NCBI RefSeq assembly: GCF_009834535.1
Contig: NC_045708.1
Coordinates: 496,001-560,000, forward strand
Length of the DNA stretch: 64,000 nucleotides
Source: Camelus ferus
Lineage: Eukaryota
Direction of reading: 5' to 3'
Part shown: positions 13,210-27,330 of the stretch, in pieces
Numbering within the stretch: position 1 is the first letter of the stretch
Layout: the number at the start of each line of letters is the position of its first letter
Translations under genes and position numbers: made by a program
The notes under the pieces: model-generated
What the model saw: the letters and a program-made list of their open reading frames with translations, nothing else
Told to the model about the DNA's origin: nothing
The model's database searches: none

Positions 13210-14839
13210 AAAAGACATCCAGAAAAAAGGACTTTGATCATTAACTTCATCTTCTACAGAGAGAATTTTTTGTGAACAAGCAAATGCTATTTTAATGGAA
13301 AAAAAAAAAACCCAAAAAGCACTTTAGAAATTAAAAACTGGTGTCTAAAGTAACTTCACATTCATGATATAAGTGACGTATGTTACCCTACACTTACCTC
13401 CTTTTGCCCTCATTCGGAGTCTACTCTTTTCACGGGTCAATGTGAAAGACAATAAAATGGGAAGAAGCACACATAAACACTCCTACTTGGTGACTGTTTG
13501 TAGGCACTCCTCCACACCTTCCTTTCCACAGGAGCCCCAATGCTGTCCCAGTTACTGTGAACTAAGCAAGGGCTTCTCTCTTGCAGTGACTGTCTCAGGA
13601 GTATCAGATAGGCCAGACTTTGATACATTGACAAAGCTGCTACACGGATTTAAGAAACATCTCCTTTTGTAAGATTCCACCCCAACTCTGTTATGCAGAT
13701 ACAAAGGAGCTAAGCCAGAACTAGCAGAATGAGGTGGTCTCCAGATCACTTGTTATTCTTGAAGATACTGAATCTCATTTTCCTTGAATAATTTTCCAGG
13801 AGTGTGAACCTTGCATTCTTCTGCTTAAATTTACCACTTCTAATGGCTTTGAACAAATAAATGCAGTTTGGAAATCAGATTCAGCACAATGTAATTCTAG
13901 CACTTTTCCAGTTTTAAAACAACTTTATAGTTTAAAAGCGTCTAGTTTAAAAACAAACTCCACATTGATTTGTTAGGTTTAAAGCATACCACACTCTACC
14001 AAAAAAATGACTGACTGAACGCTGTGGGCAGTGTGGTAGATGTTAGGGAAGAATTAAACTCGTAATTAGCAGGTCATGGACACCTGGCACTTCCAGCTTC
14101 ATGCAAAACGAGAAGGATTCGGGAGAATTCTGATTTCCCCAAGTTACTCGGGAGACTCAAAGCTGACCGCCGTCATTAAGAGCAGCGAGACACAGTTGTC
14201 CTTGAACGTGCTCGAAACTTCGGGAGGAAAGGTAGTTCCAATTTTGGCTTACTATCAAAGTCGACGTGTATACCAAACTTCAACTGTAAAGCAAGAAGTC
14301 CATTTCACATAGTGTGAATTGATTTTGAACAAAAAACTTTACCAAACGGGAATAAACTTTTATTACACACACACTACACCAGAGTCACCAAAGGGGAGTT
14401 AGTACTGAAATGTAAATTAGGAACATGAAACCAAACTCACATGTAGTTCAAAACTACCAGCTGGAGATTTTATAAGGGAGCAGGGAGAATTTTTTGCAGG
14501 ACACTTGAAAATGTAGACAGGAGCAAATACGCAAAAACGTGAAATAAACAAAATAGGCCATTTCCGTTTTTTTACAACTTGAGGTTCTGTTGTGCAAGTT
14601 TTCCAGATTTAACAAAAAGCGACACACCCTGCAGACGGCGGACACTATCCTTGCGTGGGCCCTAACCTTTGGTCTTGGCACTTACCGCCTCACTGGTGAG
14701 CATATTTAGGGAGGGCATTATTTTCAGATGCACAGACACGCGTGCAAAGTAGACGCGAACAGCATCAACCTCTCAGGTTTACTTGGAGCTCTGAGGTTTC
14801 CGCGACCCGGAAACATTTTGGCTCAGAATCTGAATTTTC

Positions 14840-15900
14840 CGCGAAGCTAATCACACGTGGGGGGACCGCGCGGCGGACAGAGCCCTGTGGATTACTTGCT
14901 GCGCTCGGCCCAGAAGCCAAGGAGCCCGGACGCGGCGCGGCATCTCCGGCGTCCTTCGGGGGCCGCCGCGCACCGCCCGCCTGGGAACCCGGGCCACCTA
15001 GCACGGGCCGGGGGAGACCAAGGCCGGGAAACGAGGCCGGCCGGGAGCCGGGCCTGCCCAGCACGGGCCGAGGAGGTCCGGAGCCGCCGCCCAGCACGGG
15101 CCGGGGCCGGAGGGACGGCCGGTCGGCCGGCGTCCGCGGGGCGCGCTGGGCCAGGGCGGAGGCCCCCACTACCTGAGGATGTTGTGCGCCTCCATGCTCC
15201 GGTTCTGGTTGCTCGAGCACACCACCGCCACCCGCAGTGGCGACGACGGCATGGCGGAGGCCGCACCGTCCGCGACTCCCGCTTCGGGACTCCCACCCAG
15301 CTGCGCCGCTTCCGCGCGAGCAAGATGGCTACCGCGGCGCCCGGAAGTCATGACGCGAAGCGGCGGCGCCGGCGACGTAGCGCGTCGGGACGCGCGGCGC
15401 GGGCGTGAGCACTGCCTCCACGCGGCCGCTCAGACCACTGGGCCGCGGACGGAGGGAGGCCCCGCCCTGCGGGCGCCGCGGCTTCGAGCGTGAGTGGCGG
15501 AGGCCCTCGCTCTGCACAGGAGCCGAACGCCGGCCGGGCTCCCGGCTCCGGCGTCCTGACGTCGCACGCCCCCGCTGCCGTCGCCGGGCGTGACGCTAAG
15601 ACGTCGCGCGGGCGCGGTGACGTCACGAGCGCCAGCCGCCGTCGCCGGGAGTGACGCGCGAGGCGCTGCGCCCGCTAAGACGGGCACTGGAGGTGGCTGG
15701 TCGCGGCCGGCGTCTGCCGGGAGGGCTCTGTGCGCTCGGTTCTCCCGGGAGGCTCGTTGTTCTCGCTCCTGCCGCCCAGGCCGCCGCGCCTCCCTAGACC
15801 CTTTCTCCGCTTGTCCTCTAGCCAGTCCCCAGGATCCTCATGTCGCGCCTTGCGCGCCCCCACCGCTTGTCCGAGCCCCGGCACCCCCCGCGGGATGATG
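14840..15900. promoter_or_regulatory. SSU72 CpG-island promoter
   Basis: CpG-dense stretch around exon 1. YY1-type CAAGATGGC 15321-15329, ETS CCGGAAGT 15341-15348, full CRE TGACGTCA 15618-15625 and several TGACG half-sites. Confidence 0.85.
15173..15252 (-). CDS. SSU72: SSU72 RNA polymerase II CTD phosphatase, coding exon 1
   Basis: Kozak CCTCCGCC-ATG at 15252. Encodes MPSSPLRVAVVCSSNQNRSMEAHNIL with the CX5R catalytic motif. 80 nt, donor AG|GTAGTG at 15172. Confidence 0.97.
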
Positions 15901-17799
15901 ACCACAGCCTCTTACCGGCCTTCAGTCCCCAGGCTCGCGCTGACGCCGGCACGTGGCTGTTCTCTGAAAACCCTGCAAAGCTTGACACTTAAATGAAGTT
16001 GTGAAAGTATTTGGAGAGAGTATTAGAAAGTGATGTAAGGAGACCTCCCGGTTGGGAGAGCAAATTGACAAGTCCTTGAGTTTGTTTGGAGGCACTGCGG
16101 GCTTGAGATTTGGGGTCCTGATATGACTGAAACTAGTCAACCCTGTTGTGTTTTTCTCCAGCCACGTCCAGCCGCTTGGAGCGGGCAGTGAGTTGGTGTT
16201 CTGTGGGAGCGCAACAAAGGGTAGAGGCAAGGGAATGGCGATGCTCCACCACGGATTCAGAACTGGATGAGATGAGAAATGAGTACACGAGAGGTACTGC
16301 GGAAAGGTACTGTGTGCGCTGAATTGGAGGTGCCAGTGCAGTGGAAGAAATGTCACCAGAGCCAAACGCTGGTAGAGCAGGGTCCCAGAAATAGGGCATG
16401 GAGGTGGCCACTTCGTCTATATCTGTAGGCTAGGTGGAACTATAGTCACGGGTAGAAGACAGTCTCCCTGTTGGAGAAGGAGAAACTCAGAAGCCAGGGC
16501 GGTAGGGGACCACTGTCACTGATACCGAACTGTCCTATCATTGCTCCTGATGTTTTTCATGGAGAAAAAGGCTGAGAACCAGGTACTCAGTATTTAAGGA
16601 CCTTTCACCCCGATGTGTTGGAGGGAGAATGCATGACTGCAACAAGGAAGCACTTACTTGGAAGAACTTACGGGTTTGAGGGATGAATGAGGAGGAATGA
16701 GGATATCCTCCCCTTCTGCTCTGTGTTTTTGAATATATGCGTAACGAAAGTTCTGGAGGACATGCACTAGAATGTTGCAGTGGGACAGGGGGCATTTATG
16801 GGTGGTAGGGTTAGGGGTGCTTCTAATGCCCTTTATACTTTTTAAAAATTCCTTGACTTTGTATCTTATGACGCACATAAATTTAACCTTCCACACAATA
16901 AATTATAGAACTCTACATTTCGAAAAAAAGACCCTGCTGTGGCTTCCCCAGTGGGCTCACACATTAGCCTGAATTAAAAGACATTGTAGTCTGACCATAC
17001 CAATACTATATGAAGCTCTCCTCCTCAACTCTCCACACTCCCTGTTTAGAACTTAATGGCCCACCAACTGAAAGCTGTTTGTCCCATGCCTTTTTAAACT
17101 CTAAGTATGCGGCCCCCATGCTTCAAGTCTTAGCCCAGTCACTGAGACTCAGATAGATGTCACAAACTTCGGGAAAGCTTACTCACTGTCCTCCCCTCCC
17201 ACGGGCCTTCTGTGCTCCCAGTACCACACCCAACTTGCTCTCATGGCTCTGAGCATTATTTCTAGCCCTCTGTGCACCTCTGCCCCACTGATTCACAGAC
17301 TGAGCTCTAAAGGGCTAGGGCCCCCATTGCCCCCCTCCTGGCCTTCTGTCTAATGCATTTAGAAATGTCCCTGTGGAAGCACTCACTGAGTGCACATCAG
17401 GCAGAGACATGAGCAAGAAGGTGCGAAGGCGGAGGCAGGGCTCTCTGCACAGTCCATGCTCGTGCTGCCAAGACCTGGGGTACTGAAGCTCTCTGGCCAC
17501 CATCTGTTTGAGGTCCAACTTTATACTTCCGTCATGGTGTGGGAACCCCAAGCTAAAATAACAAAAAAAATGTAACTAGTCTCGGACCATTGGGATCCCC
17601 AGGGACCCCTATAAATAAGACCCAGTATTCCCCTCAGGAACTTCCATCATCTGGGGCACATGCCTTCCAACAGAAACAACAACCCTCTGTCAACAAGTAT
17701 TCCCAGTAAAAGATTGAAAACCCAATGAGCTGCCATGAGGGTAACATGCAGATTCAACAAGCAGGATAATTAGTTCTTCAAGATCTGGAGATGATAGAA

Positions 17800-19120
17800 C
17801 AACCTGAGATGGAGAGGTCAAACAATTTTTAACAGCTTTGGTGAGATATGATAACCATCCAATAAACCACATGTTGAAAGTGTGCAGTTCAACAAGTTTT
17901 GACATCTGTGTATATGCATGAAACAACAGAAACAGTCAGGATAACATCACCCTCAGAACTTCCTTCATGCTCCTTTGTAATTCCTCCCTGTGCTCCCCTC
18001 CACCTGCCCACCCTCATCTGACCAGGTGACCACTGATCTGCTTCCTGCTGTTATAGATGAGTTTAGATTTTCTAGAATTTTATATAAATGGATGTGGAGA
18101 AACTGTAACACTGCTCCTGGAAATGTAAAACAGTACATCTGCTTTGAAAGTAATTTGGCTGTTTCTTAAAATTTAAACATATGCCTAAACATGATCCAGT
18201 CATCCTACTCCCAGGCATTAACCCAAGAGAAAAGAATATGTCCCTACGGAGACTCATATGCAAAGGCTCACAACAGCCTGTTTGTAATAGCTAAAAACTG
18301 AGAACAACCCAAACGTCCATGAACAGGGGAATGAATAAACAAAATGGGGAATACCCATACAATGGAATAGTATTCAGCAACAAAAATGAACCAACAGTTG
18401 ACACATGCAACATTATGGCTGAATCTCAAATTATGCTGAGTGACGGGAGCCAGGTTAGGATTAGCAGTTTCCAGCACTTGATATGATTAGTCTTTTTAGT
18501 TTTAGACACTTTTAAGAGATGGTATCTCAATGTGTTTTTAATGTTTATTTACCTAACAGATAACGAAACTGAACATAGTTTCATGTGCTTATGTGCCTTT
18601 GCTGCATGTTCTTTGATGAAGTATCTGAATCATTTGTGCATTTATTGCTGTGTTGTTATTAAGTCTCTATTTTTTTCCCCATACTTGTGATTTATAAATG
18701 TTTTCTCCCTGCAGCTTTTCTTATTCTCTTGTCACTGCCCTTTGAAAGGCAGAAGTTCTTAAGTTTGAAAAAGTACAATTTATCAGTCTGTTCTTTTATA
18801 GATTGCGCTAAGAAATCTGGTATGAAAAGTACATTGGATGGGATTAATGGTAGACTAGACTTTGAAGAAAAGTTTAGTGAAACTGAAGACGTACAAATAG
18901 AAAGCATAAATAAAACAAAAGTGAAACAAAATGAAACAGAAAAAAAGGGATAGGAAAAATAAACAGCATCAGTGAGCTGTGGGCCAGCCTCCAGGGGCTA
19001 CTGTATGTGTGATCAGAGTCCCCAGAGAGTGGGTTTGCACTCTGGCTGGTTGTTGAGTCCCTGCTCCTGGCCCTGCTTGAACCCTGGGGAGTTTTGCCTC
19101 TAATCCTTTTTGTTGGTGCT
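17800..19120. mobile_element. cluster of old L1M-type LINE fragments in mixed orientation
   Basis: Recognisable degenerate L1 3'-end and ORF1-like segments (e.g. cagtcatcctactcccaggcatt, aatggaatagtattcagcaacaaaaatg, gggattaatggtagactagac). Boundaries approximate. Confidence 0.65.
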
Positions 19121-20199
19121 TTTCNNNNNNNNNNNNNNNNNNNNNNNNNNNNNNNNNNNNNNNNNNNNNNNNNNNNNNNNNNNNNNNNNNNNNNNNNNNN
19201 NNNNNNNNNNNNNNNNNNNNNNNNNNNNNNNNNNNNNNNNNNNNNNNNNNNNNNNNNNNNNNCAGATCATCATGCCCTCTTCCTTCTTCAGTTCTGCCCC
19301 ACAAACTCCAGCCACCTTGGCCTCCCTGTCCTCCCAGATCCTTCCACTCAAGTCAGGAGATTACAGGGCTCTGCTGAGTCCCTCCACCTTGCTCTGCATC
19401 CTGAAAACAATCCAGACAGTCAGCTGGAGCAGTCACAGAGCTCAGCTCATTTCTCTCCTTCCTTTCAGGGTCATGGCCCTTCATTACCTTCTGGCCAAAG
19501 TATTTAGAACTGTTTCACACATTTTGTAGTTTTTTTTTTAGTTGTTTCCGGTGAGAGGGTAATTCTGGTCCCTGTTACTTCATCTTGACTGGAACTAGAT
19601 GTCCCACTAAGTCAATTTTAAAGAGAGTGAGCTATGGAAACTCACTCTACAGATATTAAGATATTAAGAGGTTATAATAATAAAGATAATATAGTACCAT
19701 TGTAGGAGAAGACAAACAGACCTATGGAAGACAACAGCCCCTAAACAGACCCATGTACACATGAAAATGTGGTATATTATGTAGGGGCACTGTGTACTGG
19801 AAAAGGGTTAATTGTCTCTGCAGACTGTTGGGAAAGTTAGCTCAGTGTGTTGATGTAGAGTTGGATCCCTGCCTCACACCATATACAAAGGTGATCTCTA
19901 GATAGATTAAAGACGTAAATATGAAATATAAAATCATAAAGCCAATCAAAAAATTTAGTGGGGAATATTTGTGTATTCTCTGGGTGTGCAAGGATTGCTT
20001 AAGCCCAAAAAAATGCATACAGCATAGAGAAAAATAGATAGGTCTGATGTTATCAAGATCAAGGTTTTCTTTTCAACAAAGGACACTATTGACAATCTTA
20101 ACAGTATATGAGGAAATATTTGCAACATCTGCGCAGTCAAAGGTATGTATCCAGAACTGTGCTGTTCAATACAGTACCCTCCAAACATATGTGACTATG

Positions 20200-21362
20200 T
20201 AAACTTGTTTTTACACCACATTAACAAATTGAAGAATAAAAACCATATGATCATCTCAAAAGATACAGAAAAAGCTNNNNNNNNNNNNNNNNNNNNNNNN
20301 NNNNNNNNNNNNNNNNNNNNNNNNNNNNNNNNNNNNNNNNNNNNNNNNNNNNNNNNNNNNNNNNNNNNNNNNNNNNNNNNNNNNNNNNNNNNNNNNNNNN
20401 NNNNNNNNNNNNNNNNNNNTCCAAGATGAGGAACAAGACAATGATGCCCACTCTCGCCACTTAGATTCAGCATAGTTTTGGAAGTCCTAGCCACAGCAAT
20501 CAGAGAAGAAAAGTAAATAAAAGGAAACCAAATTGGGAAAGAAGTGAAACTATAACTGTTTGCAGATGACATGATACTCACTATACACAGAAAACCTGCA
20601 GATGCTCCCAGAAAACTACTAGAGCTCATCAGTGAATTTGGTAAAGTTGCAGGGTACAAAATTAATACACAGATCAGTTGCATTTCTATACACTAACAAC
20701 AAAATATCAGGAAAAAATTAAGGAAACAACCCTATTTGCCATCACATCCAAAAGAATAAAATGCCTAGGAATAAACCCCCCTAAGGGGGCAAAAGCCCTG
20801 TACTCCAAAAACTACAAGACACTGGTGAAAGAAACTGAAGATGACACAAACAGATGGAAAGATACACTGTGTTCTTGGATTGGAAGAATCAACACCGTTA
20901 AAATGANNNNNNNNNNNNNNNNNNNNNNNNNNNNNNNNNNNNNNNNNNNNNNNNNNNNNNNNNNNNNNNNNNNNNNNNNNNNNNNNNNNNNNNNNNNNNN
21001 NNNNNNNNNNNNNNNNNNNNNNNNNNNNNNNNNNNNNNNNNNNNNNNNNNNNNNNNNNNNNNGNNNNNNNNNNNNNNNNNNNNNNNNNNNNNNNNNNNNN
21101 NNNNNNNNNNNNNNNNNNNNNNNNNNNNNNNNNNNNNNNNNNNNNNNNNNNNNNNNNNNNNNNNNNNNNNNNNNNNNNNNNNNNNNNNNNNNNNNTCAAT
21201 TAATCTATGACAAAGGAGGCAAGAATATACAGTAGAGGAAAGACAGTCTCTTCAACAAGTGGTGCTGGGACAACTGGACAGCTACCTGTAAAAGAATGAC
21301 ATTAGAGTATTCTCTAACACCATATACAAAAATAAACTCAAAATGAATTAAAGACTTAAGTA
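20200..21362 (+). mobile_element. LINE-1 ORF2 reverse-transcriptase fragment (decayed, two N gaps)
   Basis: Translates to NKLKNKNHMIISKDTEKA..., ...LFADDM (RT motif, ~20551-20575), ...NRWKDTLCSWIGRINTVKM, QLIYDKGGKNIQ. Contains stops and frameshifts. Confidence 0.93.
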
Positions 21363-24300
21363 AAAGAGAGGAGAAGGCCACATGACAGAGGTGTACTTGG
21401 AGACTGGAGTGACGCATCCACGAGGCAACGAACCCCGAATATCAAGGTGAGTTACTGCCACACAGTCAGCAGATTGGCAAAGCCTAGAAAACTGAATGAT
21501 AACACCATATCTGTAAGAAGTTGGGGAGATAAAAAGCTACCTGCATTGCTGGTAGGAGTGTTAACTGATTTAGCCACTAAGAACAAATTGATAATATTGG
21601 CGAAATGAGGTATGCACACCCCTAAGATCCATCACCTCTCACCTAGAGAAATTCTCACTCAGAAATTCTCACACTCTGAGGAGTGTGTATGAGGGTTTCC
21701 ATGGAAACATTGTGATTAGTGTTGCAGCTACCTGTGCTCTTCCAGGGGTGAGGACAGGTCAGCATACAGCATGCATGCACTAGAAATCTCATGCAAATGA
21801 CTAAGTATTTGTACATGCTGCAACGTGGGTAAATCTCAAAGACACAGTGCTGAGCAAAACTAAAAAAGATCAACAGCGCACCATTGGAGTGGCTGCCAGT
21901 GAGGGAAGAAGGGAACAGGCGTTGGGAGAGTTTGTCACATGGAATCCATACTGAGCAGGACAGAGACACGTGGGGCAAAGGAAGAGAGAGTCCAGATAAA
22001 AGTTGGGAAGGGGGAGGGAAAGCAGGTTGCAGACGTGTGAGGCCACGTGATTAACAGTGGTTAACAGCAGAACTGGGAAGTTCAGGACGCCAGATCAGCC
22101 CAGCCACTCCCTACCTAGGAGTGAGGGAAACCCAGCAATTGACTCCCACCCACACTTACCAAAAGGGGAAGAAGAGAATACGAAACATCCTTGCAGATAA
22201 GAAGACGTGCCAGAAAGACATGCCCAGAAACAAACACCTTGAGTATCTCATCGTAAGCTAGAGTTAGGAAAGTGTTAAAAGTTATGAGAGACCACCCTGC
22301 ATCAGAAATGGGGAAGTTTTTTCCTGAGATCTTGGGAGAAAAATTAAGATTTGAAAAGACAGCTGATACAACTTAGAAGTTAAATAACAGGTTTCTAAAA
22401 GAGGGGGAATCGGGGACTTTGGAAGAAAGAGGAGCTCGTGTGGCCCTTATGTTCCTGCCTTCACAAGTCCCAGCCTGATCCTCTCCCTGGTGTGGGCACT
22501 GCCTCCTGTCGGCCAGTGCTAATGGAGGGCACCGTCCAGTCCCCGGAGAGATGTGGTAAGGATGGCGGAGGCTCTGGGTCCCAGGGACCCAGGACTCACT
22601 TCACTCAGCCTCAAGTGGCCAACTGCTCACCCCCCGGGCCGGGGTCTGCAGCAGCAGCCTGGCTGTCCTCAAAGACCAGATCCAAGAGCCTGGTCCCCCA
22701 AACCTTAGATCACCGGGGAAATGCCAGCCCCACAAACCTGCCCCCAGTGGAGAAATGTTTCCTCCATCACCCTTGTCCCTGCCTGCATTTCTGAGTGACC
22801 CCCCCACCCCCACCCAGCGTAGCAGCCCCAGGAGTGTGAGGTCCTCACAGGCTAGCACTGATGAACAAGGCTTCACCTAAGGGGCCTGATGTCTGGCAGA
22901 CCAGGGGAGCGAGAGCTGCCCAGGAGAGGGCCGCGGGGAGGGGCCTGGGTGGGCAGGTCTGCACTCTGCCTCCTGGTGTCACTGCTCAGTGCAGAGCCAG
23001 CCACACAGGGCATTGGACACATGTTCTCAGAGGGACTGTGGATCCCTCCTGTTGGCTGAGTGAAGAGTGTTGGACCAGGTCTGGGGGGGCGAGGAGGGAG
23101 TGCGTTTTGCTCACAGAAGCCCCAGAAGTGGGATTTCAATGAGGACTACAGGACTTGGAGCAGGGTCAGGCCAGGGATGCAGCCCCGGGGGTCTTGGCCT
23201 GGCGTGGCTTGGACGGTCCACTTACTCTTCTTTGCGTCCTGGTCTCACTAGAGTCTCAAAACAAGCCTGCAAGTTAGGTCACCTCACAGATGGGAAACTG
23301 GCACGGAAAGGCTGGCCAGCTCTCAGAAGGCAGAGTCAGGACTGCAGAATCGGGGCAGGTCTTTCTGCTCCATGTCAGAAGGTCATAAGCTTAAGTAAGT
23401 TACTTTCAGGCACCAGTAAGAAAGGAGAAGTCCTGACCGAGGAATGAGGCATCTCAACCCCACCGTGTCCAGGGCACAGGGAAGCCGTGCACGTCCACCC
23501 ACCAGTCACAAGTCAGAAGGAGCAAGAGTGGGGAGAGGTGGTGGGATGGGGAGGCGGTCTGGGTGCGCTGGGCAGGGGAGGAGCCTGGGTGTGTTCTGCG
23601 CCACTGGGAGGATGGTGGGGTGACCTGGGGAAGGAGCAGTTTGCAGGGATTATGAGTTCAGAAGCAGAAGTGGACAGCAGCTGCAGGCCACCCTGCAGGC
23701 CAAGGCTCACGCACTGGATTGTGTGGGCTGGACACTGGGCCTCCAAGAATCCCTTGAACAGAGCCCTAAAAACGCAACTCTGGAGCAGAGGGCTTCAGGT
23801 CAGTGCTGACCAGCCTGGTTCGGCTGATAGGACAGGCCCGTGGCTCTAGCTGGCATGAGCTCAAGCCCATGAACAGGGACCCAAATTAGGTGGAGTGTGG
23901 GGCGGAGGGCCCAGGGCAGTCCTCAAGGAACCACACAGTGGCTCCTGTTCTGAACCCAATGGCACCCAGGAGCTAAAGGACCCCCAGGGTGCCTCAGACT
24001 GGGGCTGCTTAGTTCCCGAGGTGTCAGAGGTGGCTTGGGCTGCAGGGAAGGAAAGGGTCCCCAGGGAACTGGGCTGCAGGAAAAGGAACCCCTCCCACTC
24101 CCGCCTGCGGTCTAGACACTTCACTCACCCCCACCCTGGCGGGGGGTGAGTCACTCCTCAGAGCCTGGCCCGCCCCCAGCTGTGCTTGCTCCTCAGGGTC
24201 ACAGCCGGCTGGGTCTCAAGGACACCTTCAGTGGAGGAGGGCTCAGCCGTGTGGGCAGGGGTGACACAGCACGTGCCACACACCAAGGTTCCTTGGCCCC

Positions 24301-25949
24301 CCACTCCCAGTTCTAGCACTGCAATGGGAGGCCCAGGCCAGGGAGGGGGCCCTCCTGGAGCTGCTTAACTGCTGCTCCTCACAGCTCAAGTGGGTCATCC
24401 CCGAGCCTGGGCTATTTCTAACTGCAGCAGATGCCGCCCCCCACCCCCGCCCCACAGGAGAGCACCAGGGGATGCTTTCCCAAGCTGAGGGTAAACAGAC
24501 CAGCAGTGAGGCACTCTGCTGGTCCCTCTGCCGTGAACTGGAAGGGCAGGAGGCCTGTGCACCCAGCCTGGGGCTGACCCCACATGACCAGCAAAGTGTC
24601 CCAGGCCAGCCACTGGGCTGATGCTGGAGGGGCTGGGAGTAAAGGGTTCAACTCCTCCCCCCAACCTTCTCTCCCAACTCCCAAAGAAGCACACAAGACA
24701 GTGGTTTTGGTCTAAGAATAGTGGACATTTAGACACTGGTGCCAGGCCACACCTGACCAGTGCCACGCCAGGGGCGGGCAGAGCAGACAGAGGTAGGGAG
24801 TGGGCGCTGCGGGGGCACTAGCCAGGGCTTGGGGTCGCTGGTGGCTACTAGGGGGAGGGGAGGGGTAGCCACAGTGACTCCAGACATGCCAGGTCCAGCA
24901 TGGTCACAGTCAGGGGCTTGCGGAGAGCCAGGTGTGCCATGCTGCACCCCTCCCAGTGCCCGGCACCATCAGGTGGTTGGTGTAGGAAGCAGCCTTGGCC
25001 AGGACACTCAGGTCTCTCTGGAGAGGGGCAAGGCCAGCCTTCAGTCCATAGTGAGTGGGTGAGCAGGCAGGTGGGCAGCAGCATCTCTAGCCAGATCCCG
25101 GGCCCCTGGCCGCCAGCTCCAGGAGGGGATGGGGTGGTGATGTCCATCGTGCTATGGTTGAGACTTGGGGTCCAGACCACAGTGGAAGGTCCAGCTGGGC
25201 AAGGCTGGCATCTAATCTTCTGCCCTCTGGACGCAATACTGTTCTTTCAGACCCCACCTTCCTGGCCACCTGCCCCCATTCACCAGACACACAAAAGGGG
25301 AAGGAGCCCAGCCCTGATGAACTGCCCCAAATCAGAGGACACTCACCCTGGACACAACAGCTAGATTCTCAGTTGCCTGCTGAGCTAAGTGGTGGCTCCC
25401 AGCTTGTCAGATACCCACATGGGGAAACCACAGGACGCTTGGCTGCTGCTTACCCAAACCGGATGCTCCTGCAAGGCTGGAAGGGAGGGTCCCCAGGGGG
25501 CTCTGGCCAGAAGCCCGCACAAGCCTCCAGTATCAGGGCCATAGACCTCCTGTGGACAGCACTGGACGGGTGGGTGGCTCCCGCACTGGACCCAAGATAC
25601 TAAGGCACAAAGCTACCTAAGCCCACTGGGGTGGGGCGGGAAGTGGACAGGCTCCAAGGGGCCCCCTCGAGTCGGCAAAGCACACAGTGACCAAGTCATG
25701 ACGACAGCCTGGTTTTTCCAGCTCAGCACAGGCTGGAGATACAAGGTGACGTCCCGGGGGGTGCCAATGGCTCTTACTAGAAGAGGCCTTAGGCTCTGAC
25801 GGCCCCCATAAAGGCTGCTGGAGAGGGGCCTGCCCAGGCCACAGGACTAAGTCTCGAGCTGGAGTCTGGGAAGCGGCTGCTCAGCTGGGAAGGTCGTGCG
25901 ACGACTCCAGGGCCCTGGCCTGGGCCGGTCGGTGCCCCATCCGTCTCCA

Positions 25950-27330
<1,381 letters not shown>

